Shown here: positions 55,541 to 63,583 of the stretch, piece after piece | How the letters are laid out: each line of letters opens with the position of its first letter | How positions within the stretch are numbered: position 1 is the first letter of the stretch | Assembly: GCA_963810285.1 (NCBI GenBank) | Contig: CAWEMV010000002.1 | Coordinates: 1,053,177 to 1,117,176 of the forward strand | Direction: 5' to 3' | Source: an uncultured Chloroflexia bacterium | GTDB taxonomy: Bacteria > Chloroflexota > Limnocylindria > Limnocylindrales > CSP1-4 | DNA: 64,000 nucleotides | The notes under the pieces: model-generated | Databases searched by the model: none | What the model saw: only the letters and a program-made list of their open reading frames with translations | Told to the model about the DNA's origin: nothing | Program-made: the position numbers and the translations under genes

Positions 55541-55675
55541 TCAGGCCGTCAGTCGCTTCCGACCCCGAGCCCGCCGAGCGGCAAGGATGCGCCGACCCGC
55601 AGTCGTCTTCATGCGGGCGCGGAAACCGTGCTCCTTGGCGCGGTGGCGCTTCTTGGGCTGATAGGTCTGCTTCAT
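55541..55675 (-). CDS. rpmH: 50S ribosomal protein L34
   Basis: [44 protein letters not shown], 44 aa, canonical. Confidence 0.95.
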   Translation of the reverse strand: MKQTYQPKKRHRAKEHGFRARMKTTAGRRILAARRARGRKRLTA

Positions 55676-55795
55676 CCGGACGGTCCTGTGATCCTCTCGA
55701 ATCCGACCTCGGGGACGGTTCGCTCCGTCTACCCCTAGAGGCACGCAGACGCGCCCGGCGCCCCTCGGGGCACGTGGCGCGTCGTCGTCCGGCGG

Positions 55796-55825
55796 ATGAT
55801 ATGGCTTCGTCGGAAGGAGTGTCAA
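55796..55825 (-). promoter_or_regulatory. candidate sigma70-type promoter for the rpmH operon
   Basis: The minus strand reads TTGACA (complement of 55820-55825), an 18-nt spacer, then TATCAT (complement of 55796-55801), ~120 nt upstream of the rpmH ATG. Confidence 0.45.
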
Positions 55826-56162
55826 ACGACGAAGGGGCCGGCCGGACACCTGGTCGCGCCCACGCGCGAGGGGTCTCGCGGGCCCGGCGAGAGCGCCGCC
55901 GTGCCTCCCGCACGGATACCCCTGGGGGGTATGTGCGAATCGCCTTGCGACGCCGTCGAGCCCGGTGCTATCCTCTCCGGGCCCTCGGCGCCGGAGACGT
56001 TCGCGGGAGACGCCAGCAGCCCCGTGAGGTGGCGAAAGCAGCGGTCATCCGGCCTCGTCGGATGGACGTCCGTCGTGACGCTCCGCCGCCCTCGCACCCC
56101 CGGGACCCGTGGCTGTCGCAAGTCATCATCGTGGTCAACCGCACGTAGGTCCGATCGAACGA

Positions 56163-57561
56163 ATGGACGCCAAGCAGGTCTGGCGAGCCGCCCTGGGCGA
56201 ACTCCAGGTCTCGCTGTCGCCCGCCAATTACGAGACGTGGCTGCGCGACACCGAGCTGGTCGACGTCGACGAGCAGCGGTTCCGGATCGCGGTCCCCAAC
56301 GGCTTCGCCAAGGACTGGCTCGAGACCCGCTATCGGTCGCTCATCAGTCAGACCCTCGCGCGCATCGTCGGCTACAGCGTCCAGGTCGAGTTCGTGATCG
56401 GGGCCTCGACCAACGGGACCGAGGCGGCCACCCGCGACGCCGGCGCCCCGGCAGCCGTCCCTGCCGACGCGGCGGCTGGGCCGAGTGGCCAGCAGGTCCG
56501 TGTCGAGGCGACCCGGGTCGGCGGCGATGGTGGGGCGACCAACCTCAACCCGCGCTACACCTTCGCCAACTTCATCGTCGGGTCGGCCAACCGGCTCGGC
56601 CACGCGGCCAGCCTGTCGGTCGCCGAGCGACCCGGCCACGCCTACAACCCGCTGTTCCTGTACGGCGGCGTCGGCCTCGGCAAGACCCACCTGATGCACG
56701 CGATCGGCAACCAGGTCATCGCAAGGTTCCCGCGCAAGCGGGTCGTCTACGCGACGTCCGAGAAGTTCACCAACGAGTTCATCACGAGCATCCAGCAGGG
56801 CAAGATCGACGAGTTCCGGGGACGCTACCGGCGGATCGACCTCCTGCTGATCGACGACATCCAGTTCATCGCCGACAAGGAGCGGACCCAGGAGGAGTTC
56901 TTCCACACGTTCAACGCCATCCACGAGGACGGCAAGCAGATCGTGCTGTCCTCGGACCGGCCGCCGAAGGCGATCCTGACGCTCGAGGAGCGGCTCAGAT
57001 CGCGGTTCGAATGGGGGCTCATCGCCGACCTGACCGCCCCGGACCTCGAGACCCGCATCGCGATCCTGCGCGCGAAGGCCGAGGAGGGGGCGGTGCCGAT
57101 CACCTCGGACGTGGTCGAGTTCATCGCTCGCAAGGTCGTGTCGAACGTGCGCGAGCTCGAGGGCGCGCTCAACCGCATCGTGGCGTTCGCGAGCATGGGC
57201 GCCACACCGATCAGCATCGAGCTCGCCCAGGCCGTCCTGTCGAACGTCCTCTACAACCCGAAGAAGCGGCAGGTCACCCCGGAGCGTATCGCCAAGGCCG
57301 TGTCGGACTACTACAGCGTGCCCGATGGAGGCGCTCCAGGGCCAGAAGCGCGACAAGGCGATCGTCATGCCCCGCCAGATCGCGATGTTCCTCATGCGCG
57401 AGGAGACGGACGTCTCGCTGCTCCGGATCGGGGCGGAGCTCGGCGGGCGCGACCACTCCACCGTCCTGCACGCCTGCGACAAGATCACCCGCGAGGTCGC
57501 CGTCAACGACGAGCTGCGCCGCGAAGTCGCCGCGGTGCGCGAGCTGATCTACGCCGAGTAG
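56163..57561 (+). CDS. dnaA: chromosomal replication initiator DnaA, interrupted by an apparent +1 frameshift at 57324 (56163..57323 joined to 57325..57561)
   Basis: Frame 0 from ATG 56163 carries domain I (MDAKQVWRAALGELQ...) and the AAA+ region (GGVGLGKTHLMHAIG, LLLIDDIQF, sensor motifs). Domain IV (PRQIAMFLMREETDVSLLRIGAELGGRDHSTVLHACDKI) is in the +1 frame, ORF 57325..57561. Confidence 0.9.
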
Positions 57562-57701
57562 GCGGGCGCCCGGGGAGGGCCGGCCGATAAGTGGCCCCGG
57601 CGCGTGGACGAGTGCTGCCGGAACGGCCTGTCGCCGCAGGACCGGCCCCGGTCATCCCCAGTCCATCGACCACCACGTCCCCAGCCGACGACCGCTCGTA
57701 C

Positions 57702-57820
57702 ACGCTGTGGACCCGGGCGTCCACCGCCGTCCGCCGCACGCCCGAGCACGGCCGTCCACCGGGTCCACAGCGTTACTACGGTGATGACGGAGCAAGAAGA
57801 AAGAGGGAAGATACCCACGA
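57702..57820. other. putative oriC core: DnaA-box-like cluster plus purine/AT-enriched tract in the dnaA-dnaN spacer
   Basis: A perfect 15-bp inverted repeat ACGCTGTGGACCCGG (57702-57716) / CCGGGTCCACAGCGT (57759-57773) carries TGTGGAC / GTCCACA cores. Two more GTCCAC cores lie at 57719-57724 and 57754-57759. ATACCCAC and TGCCCAC variants are nearby. The least GC-rich tract is AGCAAGAAGAAAGAGGGAAGATA (57791-57813). Confidence 0.45.
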
Positions 57821-57905
57821 GTCCTCAGACCGGTGGCCCGCAGGTCGTCGCCCCGGTCGTCTCGAGCGGTCCTGGCCAACATCGACTGAGTCGGAGTGTG
57901 CCCAC

Positions 57906-59024
57906 GTGAAGCTATCGGTCATGCAGGAGAACCTGGCGCGCGGGCTGTCCGTCGTCAGCCGCGCCGTCTCGAGCCGGAGCACGCTGCCGGTCCTCGCCAA
58001 CGTCCTCCTGAAGACCGAGGATGCCGGCCTCAAGCTGACGGCCACGAACCTCGAGATCGGGATCACCTACTGGGTCCCGGGCAAGATCGACGAGGACGGC
58101 GCGACCACGGTCCCGGCCAAGCTGCTGACCGACCTCGTCAACTCGCTGCCGCCGGGCGACAAGGTCGAGCTCGAGGTCGCGCCGGGCGACACGCTGCACG
58201 TCAAGGCGGGCCCGTTCCAGACCCACATCAAGGGCATCAGCGACGAGGAGTTCCCCGCCATCCAGACCGCCGGCGAGCGTCCCACGACGCGGATCGCCCA
58301 GAACGTGCTGCGCCGGGCCTTGGCCGAGACGGCCTTCGCCGCCGCCAGCGACGAGGCGCGCCCGATCCTGACCGGCGTGCTCGCCCGCTTCGAGGGCGAC
58401 CAGCTGACGCTCGCCGCCGCCGACAACTACCGGATCGCGGTCAAGACCGTGCCGATCCTCGACCCGGTCCCGGAGACCAGCGTCGTGATCCCGGCCCGTG
58501 CCCTGAACGAGCTCGCCCGGGTCCTGGCTGATGTCGACGACCCGGTCGATGTGGTCCTTGCCGGCGCGCGCAACCAGGTCCTGTTCCATCTCGACGGCAT
58601 CGACCTCGTGAGCCGGCTCATCGACGGCCAGTTCCCCAACTACCAGCAGGTCATGCCCCAGGCCCACGCGACCAGGGCGATCCTCGATCGCGAGGAGCTG
58701 CTGCGCGCCGTTCGGCCGGCCGCGCTCATCGCCCACGAGTCGGCCAACATCGTGAAGCTCCAGATCGGCGGCGACGGGGAGGCCGGGGTCACCGTCAGCG
58801 CCAACGCCGAGGTCGGCGACCACGTCGGGCAGGTCGAGGCCGCGGTCGAGGGTGACGGCACGACCATCGCCTTCAACGCCCGATATCTCGCCGACGTGCT
58901 GACCAACGTGTCCGCCGAACAGTTCGCGCTCGAGCTCAACGGGCCCCTGTCTCCCGGCGTGTTCAAGCCGGTCGGCGACGATCGCTACGTCCACGTCGTG
59001 ATGCCAGTCCGGACGACGTCCTAG
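57906..59024 (+). CDS. dnaN: DNA polymerase III subunit beta (sliding clamp)
   Basis: GTG 57906 ([35 protein letters not shown]...). 372 aa with the typical three-domain length and the FNARYLADVL motif. Confidence 0.93.
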   Translation: MKLSVMQENLARGLSVVSRAVSSRSTLPVLANVLLKTEDAGLKLTATNLEIGITYWVPGKIDEDGATTVPAKLLTDLVNSLPPGDKVELEVAPGDTLHVKAGPFQTHIKGISDEEFPAIQTAGERPTTRIAQNVLRRALAETAFAAASDEARPILTGVLARFEGDQLTLAAADNYRIAVKTVPILDPVPETSVVIPARALNELARVLADVDDPVDVVLAGARNQVLFHLDGIDLVSRLIDGQFPNYQQVMPQAHATRAILDREELLRAVRPAALIAHESANIVKLQIGGDGEAGVTVSANAEVGDHVGQVEAAVEGDGTTIAFNARYLADVLTNVSAEQFALELNGPLSPGVFKPVGDDRYVHVVMPVRTTS

Positions 59025-59025
59025 C

Positions 59026-60174
59026 ATCGCCTCGCTCGATTCGCTCTCGGTCCTCGACCTCCGCGGATACGCAGCGCTCGACGTCGTCTTCGACCCCGGC
59101 GCCCATCTCATCTGGGGCCCCAATGCCGCCGGCAAGACCAGCCTGCTCGAGGCCATCGCGCTGCTCGGGTGGGGCCGCTCGCACCGGACCAGTGCCGACG
59201 GCGAGCTGATCCGCTGGGGCCGGGACCTCGCCCGGGTCGAGGGCCGGGTCGGCGGCGACACGATCGAGGTCGCCGTCCAGCGATCCGGCGCGGACGGGTC
59301 GGGCGGCCGCAAGCGGATCCGCGTGAACGGGGTCGGCCGTCGTGCGAGCGGGCTCGGGCGGCACCTCCGTGTCGTGCTGTTCGCGCCGGAGGAGATGCTG
59401 CTCGTCATCGGCTCGCCGTCGCTCCGTCGGGCCGCGCTGGACGCGCTCGCCGCGGCGCGCGTCCCGACATACGCCGATGACCTCGGCACGTACGGCCGCA
59501 CGCTCCAGCAGCGCAACAGCCTGCTGCGTGCGATCCGCGAGGAACAGGCGAGCCGGGACGAGCTGCGCTTCTGGGACGAGACCTTCCTCGACACCGGCGG
59601 CCGGGTCGTCGAGGCCCGCCTGCGCCTGCTCGAGACCCTGGGCGCGCCGTTGGCGGCTGCCCACCGCGAGATCGCCCCGGATGAGGCGGCCGCCGGGGGC
59701 CTGACGGTCCGCTATGTCACCAACGCCCCGGCGCAGCCCGGTGAGACGCCGCGCGACGCGCTGGCTCGACGCCTGGCCGACACGGCGGAGAAGGAGGTCT
59801 GGAACGGGTCGACGGTCATCGGGCCGCACCGCGACGACGTGGCGTTCGATCTCGGCGGTCGCGACCTGGCCGGCTTCGCCTCGCGCGGCCAGCAGCGGAC
59901 GGCGATCCTGGCGTTCAAGCTCGCCGAGCTCGACCTGCTCACGGAGCTCGATGGTCGACCGCCGCTACTCCTCCTCGACGACGTGTTCAGCGAGCTCGAC
60001 CCCGAGCGGCGGTCGCATCTCGTGCGGCGGATCGCGGCGCTGCCGCAGGCGTTCGTGACGACGACGACGCCGGACGACCTCGATCCGGCGCTGCTCGAGA
60101 TCGCCCACGGCTGGGAGGTGCGGCCCGGCACGGACGGCGCCGAGCTCCGCCCGACCATCGCCGTCGCCCGATGA
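59026..60174 (+). CDS. recF: DNA replication/repair protein RecF (no canonical start codon upstream of Walker A; ATC 59026 proposed)
   Basis: The frame of ORF 59323..60174 is open back to the TGA at 58999. It encodes IASLDSLSVLDLRGYAALDVVFDPGAHLIWGPNAAGKTSLLEAI (RecF N-terminus plus Walker A). Later motifs are the signature-like SRGQQRTAILAFKLAE and Walker B LLLLDDVFSELD. Confidence 0.85.
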   Translation: MASLDSLSVLDLRGYAALDVVFDPGAHLIWGPNAAGKTSLLEAIALLGWGRSHRTSADGELIRWGRDLARVEGRVGGDTIEVAVQRSGADGSGGRKRIRVNGVGRRASGLGRHLRVVLFAPEEMLLVIGSPSLRRAALDALAAARVPTYADDLGTYGRTLQQRNSLLRAIREEQASRDELRFWDETFLDTGGRVVEARLRLLETLGAPLAAAHREIAPDEAAAGGLTVRYVTNAPAQPGETPRDALARRLADTAEKEVWNGSTVIGPHRDDVAFDLGGRDLAGFASRGQQRTAILAFKLAELDLLTELDGRPPLLLLDDVFSELDPERRSHLVRRIAALPQAFVTTTTPDDLDPALLEIAHGWEVRPGTDGAELRPTIAVAR

Positions 60175-60503
60175 CGACCCCGCGTCGTCGCCCGATGCGA
60201 CGGATCGGCGACCTCATCCCCGATGCCGCACGCGCGCTCGGCCTCGAGGACGAGCTGCGCCTTGCCCGTGCGATGGCGACGTTCGAGGCGATCGTCGCCG
60301 AGCGGGTCCCGGCAGCGGCGGGGGCCTGCCGTGTGGTCCGACTGGAGGGGTTCGCGATCGACGTCGAGGCCGACGCGCCGATCGTCGCGCAGGAGCTGCG
60401 GCTGCGCTCGAGCGAGCTGCTGGGGGCCTTCGCGGCGGCCCCCGGGGGCGTCGGGATCCGCGATCTGCGCGTCCACGTCCGTTCCGGAGGACCCCGCGTA
60501 TAA
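60171..60503 (+). CDS. DUF721 domain-containing protein (DciA-like)
   Basis: 110 aa with an ATGA overlap with the recF stop. This is the conserved post-recF position of DUF721 genes in high-GC Gram-positives. Confidence 0.7.
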   Translation: MTTPRRRPMRRIGDLIPDAARALGLEDELRLARAMATFEAIVAERVPAAAGACRVVRLEGFAIDVEADAPIVAQELRLRSSELLGAFAAAPGGVGIRDLRVHVRSGGPRV

Positions 60504-60566
60504 TCCACCGGGCCTGCCAGCCAATACGGGACGATCCGTCGCCGACCCGGGCCATGGTTCGTCCCC

Positions 60567-62837
60567 ATGTCCGACCAACCCTATCGAGAGGCCCGGATGG
60601 CCGCCCGACTCCAATTGAAGCTTGGGATCGTCGCCGAGCACGACCGGCTCGACGACTCGCCTGACACCCTCGTCGTCGTCGAGCCGAGCGTGGGCTCGGT
60701 CGCCCGTTCCAAGGGCAACCTGTACCTGCTGGTCACCTCGCGGACGAGCTCGCGCCACGCCCTGGAGGCGACCCGGCTCGCCGCCGAGACGATCCGCAAC
60801 GAGTACTACTACGACGAGTCGGCCGGCATCCGCGTCTGCCTCCAGAAGGCGATCGCGACGGCCAACAAGCGGCTGCTCCACCAGGCTGACCGCCTCGGCC
60901 TGCGCGCGACCGACGCCAACGGGCCCATCGGCGTCGGCGTCGGGGTGGTGCGCGGCAACGAGATGTACGTCGCGACCGTGGGACCGGCGGAGGCCTACCT
61001 CATCCGCCAGGCGCGCCTCTCGACGCTGCCGGATCCCCACCGCGAGCGCGGGCTGCCCACGAGCGACCTCGAGCCCGAGGTGTGGCGAGGCGAGGTGACG
61101 GTCGGTGACTCGCTGGTCCTGATCTCGCCCAACATCGTGGCCCGGCTCGGCGCGGACGAGCTCAAGGACGCGATGGTCACGCTCCACCCGCAGTCGGCGA
61201 TGGAGCACCTCCACCAGCGCTTCCGGGCGGCCGACGGCGCCGGCAGCGACGGGGCCATCGCGTTCGAGGCCACCGAGGTGGCCCCGACGACCCGTGGCCG
61301 CTCGCTCGTGCCGGTCCGGCCAGCCGAACCGCTGGCCGGGGCCCCCGACCGATCGCCGATCCCCCTGGCGGACAACGTCCAGGCCGCGGGCGTCGCGATG
61401 ACCGCCGCAGCCGAGGGCGCCCGCGTCGCGGCGGGCACCGCGTTCGAGCGGGTGGTCGGGCGCATGCACGACCTGATGCCCCAGCGCAAGCCCGCCTACC
61501 GGCGGGTGACGCCGCTCGCCTCGCGCCGCGAGACCCAGCGCCGCGCCGCGATGGCCCTCATCGCGCTGCTGGTCGTCGTCGGCAGCCTGGCGATGTCGGT
61601 CTGGGCGTTCGGCGGCCAGCGCCAGCTCGGCGCCATCAGCTCGGTCAACGCCGGCCAGGACGCGCTCGCCAAGGCGCGCGCGAACATCGAGCTCGTCGAC
61701 GGACCGGGCATCGACCTGATCGAGGACGACCGCGAGGAAGCCGTCAAGCTCCTGACCGAGGCGTACGACCAGCTCGACGTCGCCGAGGAGGCGAACATCA
61801 GCCAGCGCGTCGTCGCTCCCGTGCGGGAGGACGTGGAGGGGCTGCTCGACCGCGCGTACGGCGTCGTGGAGGTCGCCTCGACGCCGCTCTACCGGTTCAA
61901 GCCGAAAAAGGGTGCGGACCCGATCGACCTGCGCACGGTCGTCCGCGGCTACGACCAGGCCCCGTACGTCATCGACCGATCGACGCGGTCGGTCTACCGG
62001 GTCGACCTCAAGCGCAAGCGCGCGACCGTCATCGCCCGGATCGGCCGGAACGTGGGCAACACGAAGCAGGCGACCCCGGCCTTCCTGGCGGTCGGCGGCC
62101 GCGACCTGCTGATCCTCGACGCCAAGAACCAGCTGTGGCGCTGGCGGGCCTCGAACGATGCCGGGCGGGGCACGACCAACCGGGTCACGGTGAACGGGGC
62201 GAGCCAGTGGGGCGACGACATCCTGGCCATGGGCACGTACGTCCGGAACCCCAGCCAGAACCTCTACAACCTGTACGTGGTCGACCCGTCCGAGCAGCAG
62301 ATCCGGGCGTATCCGCCGGCCAGCGACGGCGGCGGCTTCCCGGCCAAGTCGTCGGCGTGGCTGGCGACCGCCCGCGACGTCGCCAAGATGTCGTCGCTGT
62401 ACATCGACGGCGACATCTACATCACGGAGAACGGCGTGCTCGACCGCTACACGTCGGGCAAGAGCGACGGCTGGGATGTCGGGGCGCCTGGCGACGAGCT
62501 CCTCCGCCCGACATCGGCCGCCCAGATCGTTGCCGGGTCGGGCGGTCGCAACGACGGTCGGATCTACACGTACGACAAGCCCAACGCGCGAATCCTCGCC
62601 TACGACAAGCGGTCGGGCGACTTCGCCGGGCAATACCGCCTGGCCGAGGGCGACGGCTGGAAGGACCTCCGGGCGATGTATGTCATCCCCGGCGTGGAGG
62701 ACGCCCCGGACACGCTGATCTGGCTGTCGAACGACACGGTGCACCAGACCGTGCTGCAGGCCGTGCCCGAGCCGGACCCCTCGGCATCGCCCTCACCCGG
62801 CGCGAGCGCGCGCCCGTCGACCACGCCGAGCCCCTAG
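60567..62837 (+). CDS. membrane protein with N-terminal degenerate PP2C-like domain, one TM helix and a large repeat-containing (propeller-like) extracytoplasmic domain
   Basis: 756 aa. The N-terminal ~230 aa follow the PPM fold order with key Asp motifs replaced (see finding). The TM helix is AAMALIALLVVVGSLAMSVWAF. The C-terminal region has recurring hydrophobic-Y-x-x-D blade-like repeats and a Pro/Ser tail. Confidence 0.6.
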   Translation: MSDQPYREARMAARLQLKLGIVAEHDRLDDSPDTLVVVEPSVGSVARSKGNLYLLVTSRTSSRHALEATRLAAETIRNEYYYDESAGIRVCLQKAIATANKRLLHQADRLGLRATDANGPIGVGVGVVRGNEMYVATVGPAEAYLIRQARLSTLPDPHRERGLPTSDLEPEVWRGEVTVGDSLVLISPNIVARLGADELKDAMVTLHPQSAMEHLHQRFRAADGAGSDGAIAFEATEVAPTTRGRSLVPVRPAEPLAGAPDRSPIPLADNVQAAGVAMTAAAEGARVAAGTAFERVVGRMHDLMPQRKPAYRRVTPLASRRETQRRAAMALIALLVVVGSLAMSVWAFGGQRQLGAISSVNAGQDALAKARANIELVDGPGIDLIEDDREEAVKLLTEAYDQLDVAEEANISQRVVAPVREDVEGLLDRAYGVVEVASTPLYRFKPKKGADPIDLRTVVRGYDQAPYVIDRSTRSVYRVDLKRKRATVIARIGRNVGNTKQATPAFLAVGGRDLLILDAKNQLWRWRASNDAGRGTTNRVTVNGASQWGDDILAMGTYVRNPSQNLYNLYVVDPSEQQIRAYPPASDGGGFPAKSSAWLATARDVAKMSSLYIDGDIYITENGVLDRYTSGKSDGWDVGAPGDELLRPTSAAQIVAGSGGRNDGRIYTYDKPNARILAYDKRSGDFAGQYRLAEGDGWKDLRAMYVIPGVEDAPDTLIWLSNDTVHQTVLQAVPEPDPSASPSPGASARPSTTPSP

Positions 62838-62852
62838 CCGGGGCGGCCGGGC

Positions 62853-63575
62853 GTGATCCCGCTCCGCGACGCCAATCCGACCCGGCGCACGCCGGTCGTG
62901 ACGCTGGCCCTCATCGCGGCGTGCTCGATCGTCTTCGCCTACCAGCTCGTCCTCGCGACCCAGCGCGGGGACGCGTCGCTCGACGCGTTCGTGACCCGCT
63001 GGGCGGTGGTCCCGGCCGAGCTCGTCGCGGCCCTCTCGGCCGGAGCGATCGTCTCGCCCGAGACGCTCACGCTGGTGTCGAGCCAGTTCCTGCACGGCGG
63101 GTTCTTCCACATCGCCGGCAACCTGCTGTTCCTGTGGATCTTCGGGAACAACATCGAGGACCGCTTCGGCCGCGTGCCGTTCCTGGCCTTCTACCTTGCC
63201 GGTGGGGTTGTCGCGGGGCTGACCCAGGTGGCCATCGACCCGGACTCGAGCATCCCGGTCATCGGTGCATCGGGCGCCATCGCGGCGACGCTCGGGGCAT
63301 ACCTCGTGCTGTTCCCGCGTGCCCGCGTCACGACCGTCATCTTCCTCGTGTTCTTCTATCAGCTGATCGACCTGCCGGCGGTCTTCGTGCTGGCGTTCTG
63401 GTTCCTGCTCCAGCTCGTCGACGGCCTGGGATCGCTCGGCATGACCGCCGCGGCCGGCTCGGGCGGGGTCGCCTTCTTCGCCCATATCGGCGGTTTCGTG
63501 TTCGGGGCGGTGGTCGGCTGGCTCGTCAGGCTCACGGGTGCCGGCTGGCGTCCCGTCGGGCGCACCGTGGGATAA
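62853..63575 (+). CDS. rhomboid family intramembrane serine protease
   Basis: 240 aa with HGGFFHIAGNLLFLWIFG, the catalytic GASGA (VIGASGAIAATLG) and His in FFAHIGGFVFG. Confidence 0.85.
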   Translation: MIPLRDANPTRRTPVVTLALIAACSIVFAYQLVLATQRGDASLDAFVTRWAVVPAELVAALSAGAIVSPETLTLVSSQFLHGGFFHIAGNLLFLWIFGNNIEDRFGRVPFLAFYLAGGVVAGLTQVAIDPDSSIPVIGASGAIAATLGAYLVLFPRARVTTVIFLVFFYQLIDLPAVFVLAFWFLLQLVDGLGSLGMTAAAGSGGVAFFAHIGGFVFGAVVGWLVRLTGAGWRPVGRTVG

Positions 63576-63583
63576 TCCGGCGC

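Noticed and set aside
55676-56162. The 487-nt rpmH-dnaA spacer as the main oriC, or as the host of an RNA gene (RNase P RNA, 6S, SRP).
   Set aside because: There are no clear DnaA boxes (best matches 6 of 9) and no RNase P (GAGGAAAGTCC) or SRP signature motifs. The 8-bp hairpin at 55805-55834 overlaps a good rpmH promoter on the minus strand, which explains the AT-richer patch.
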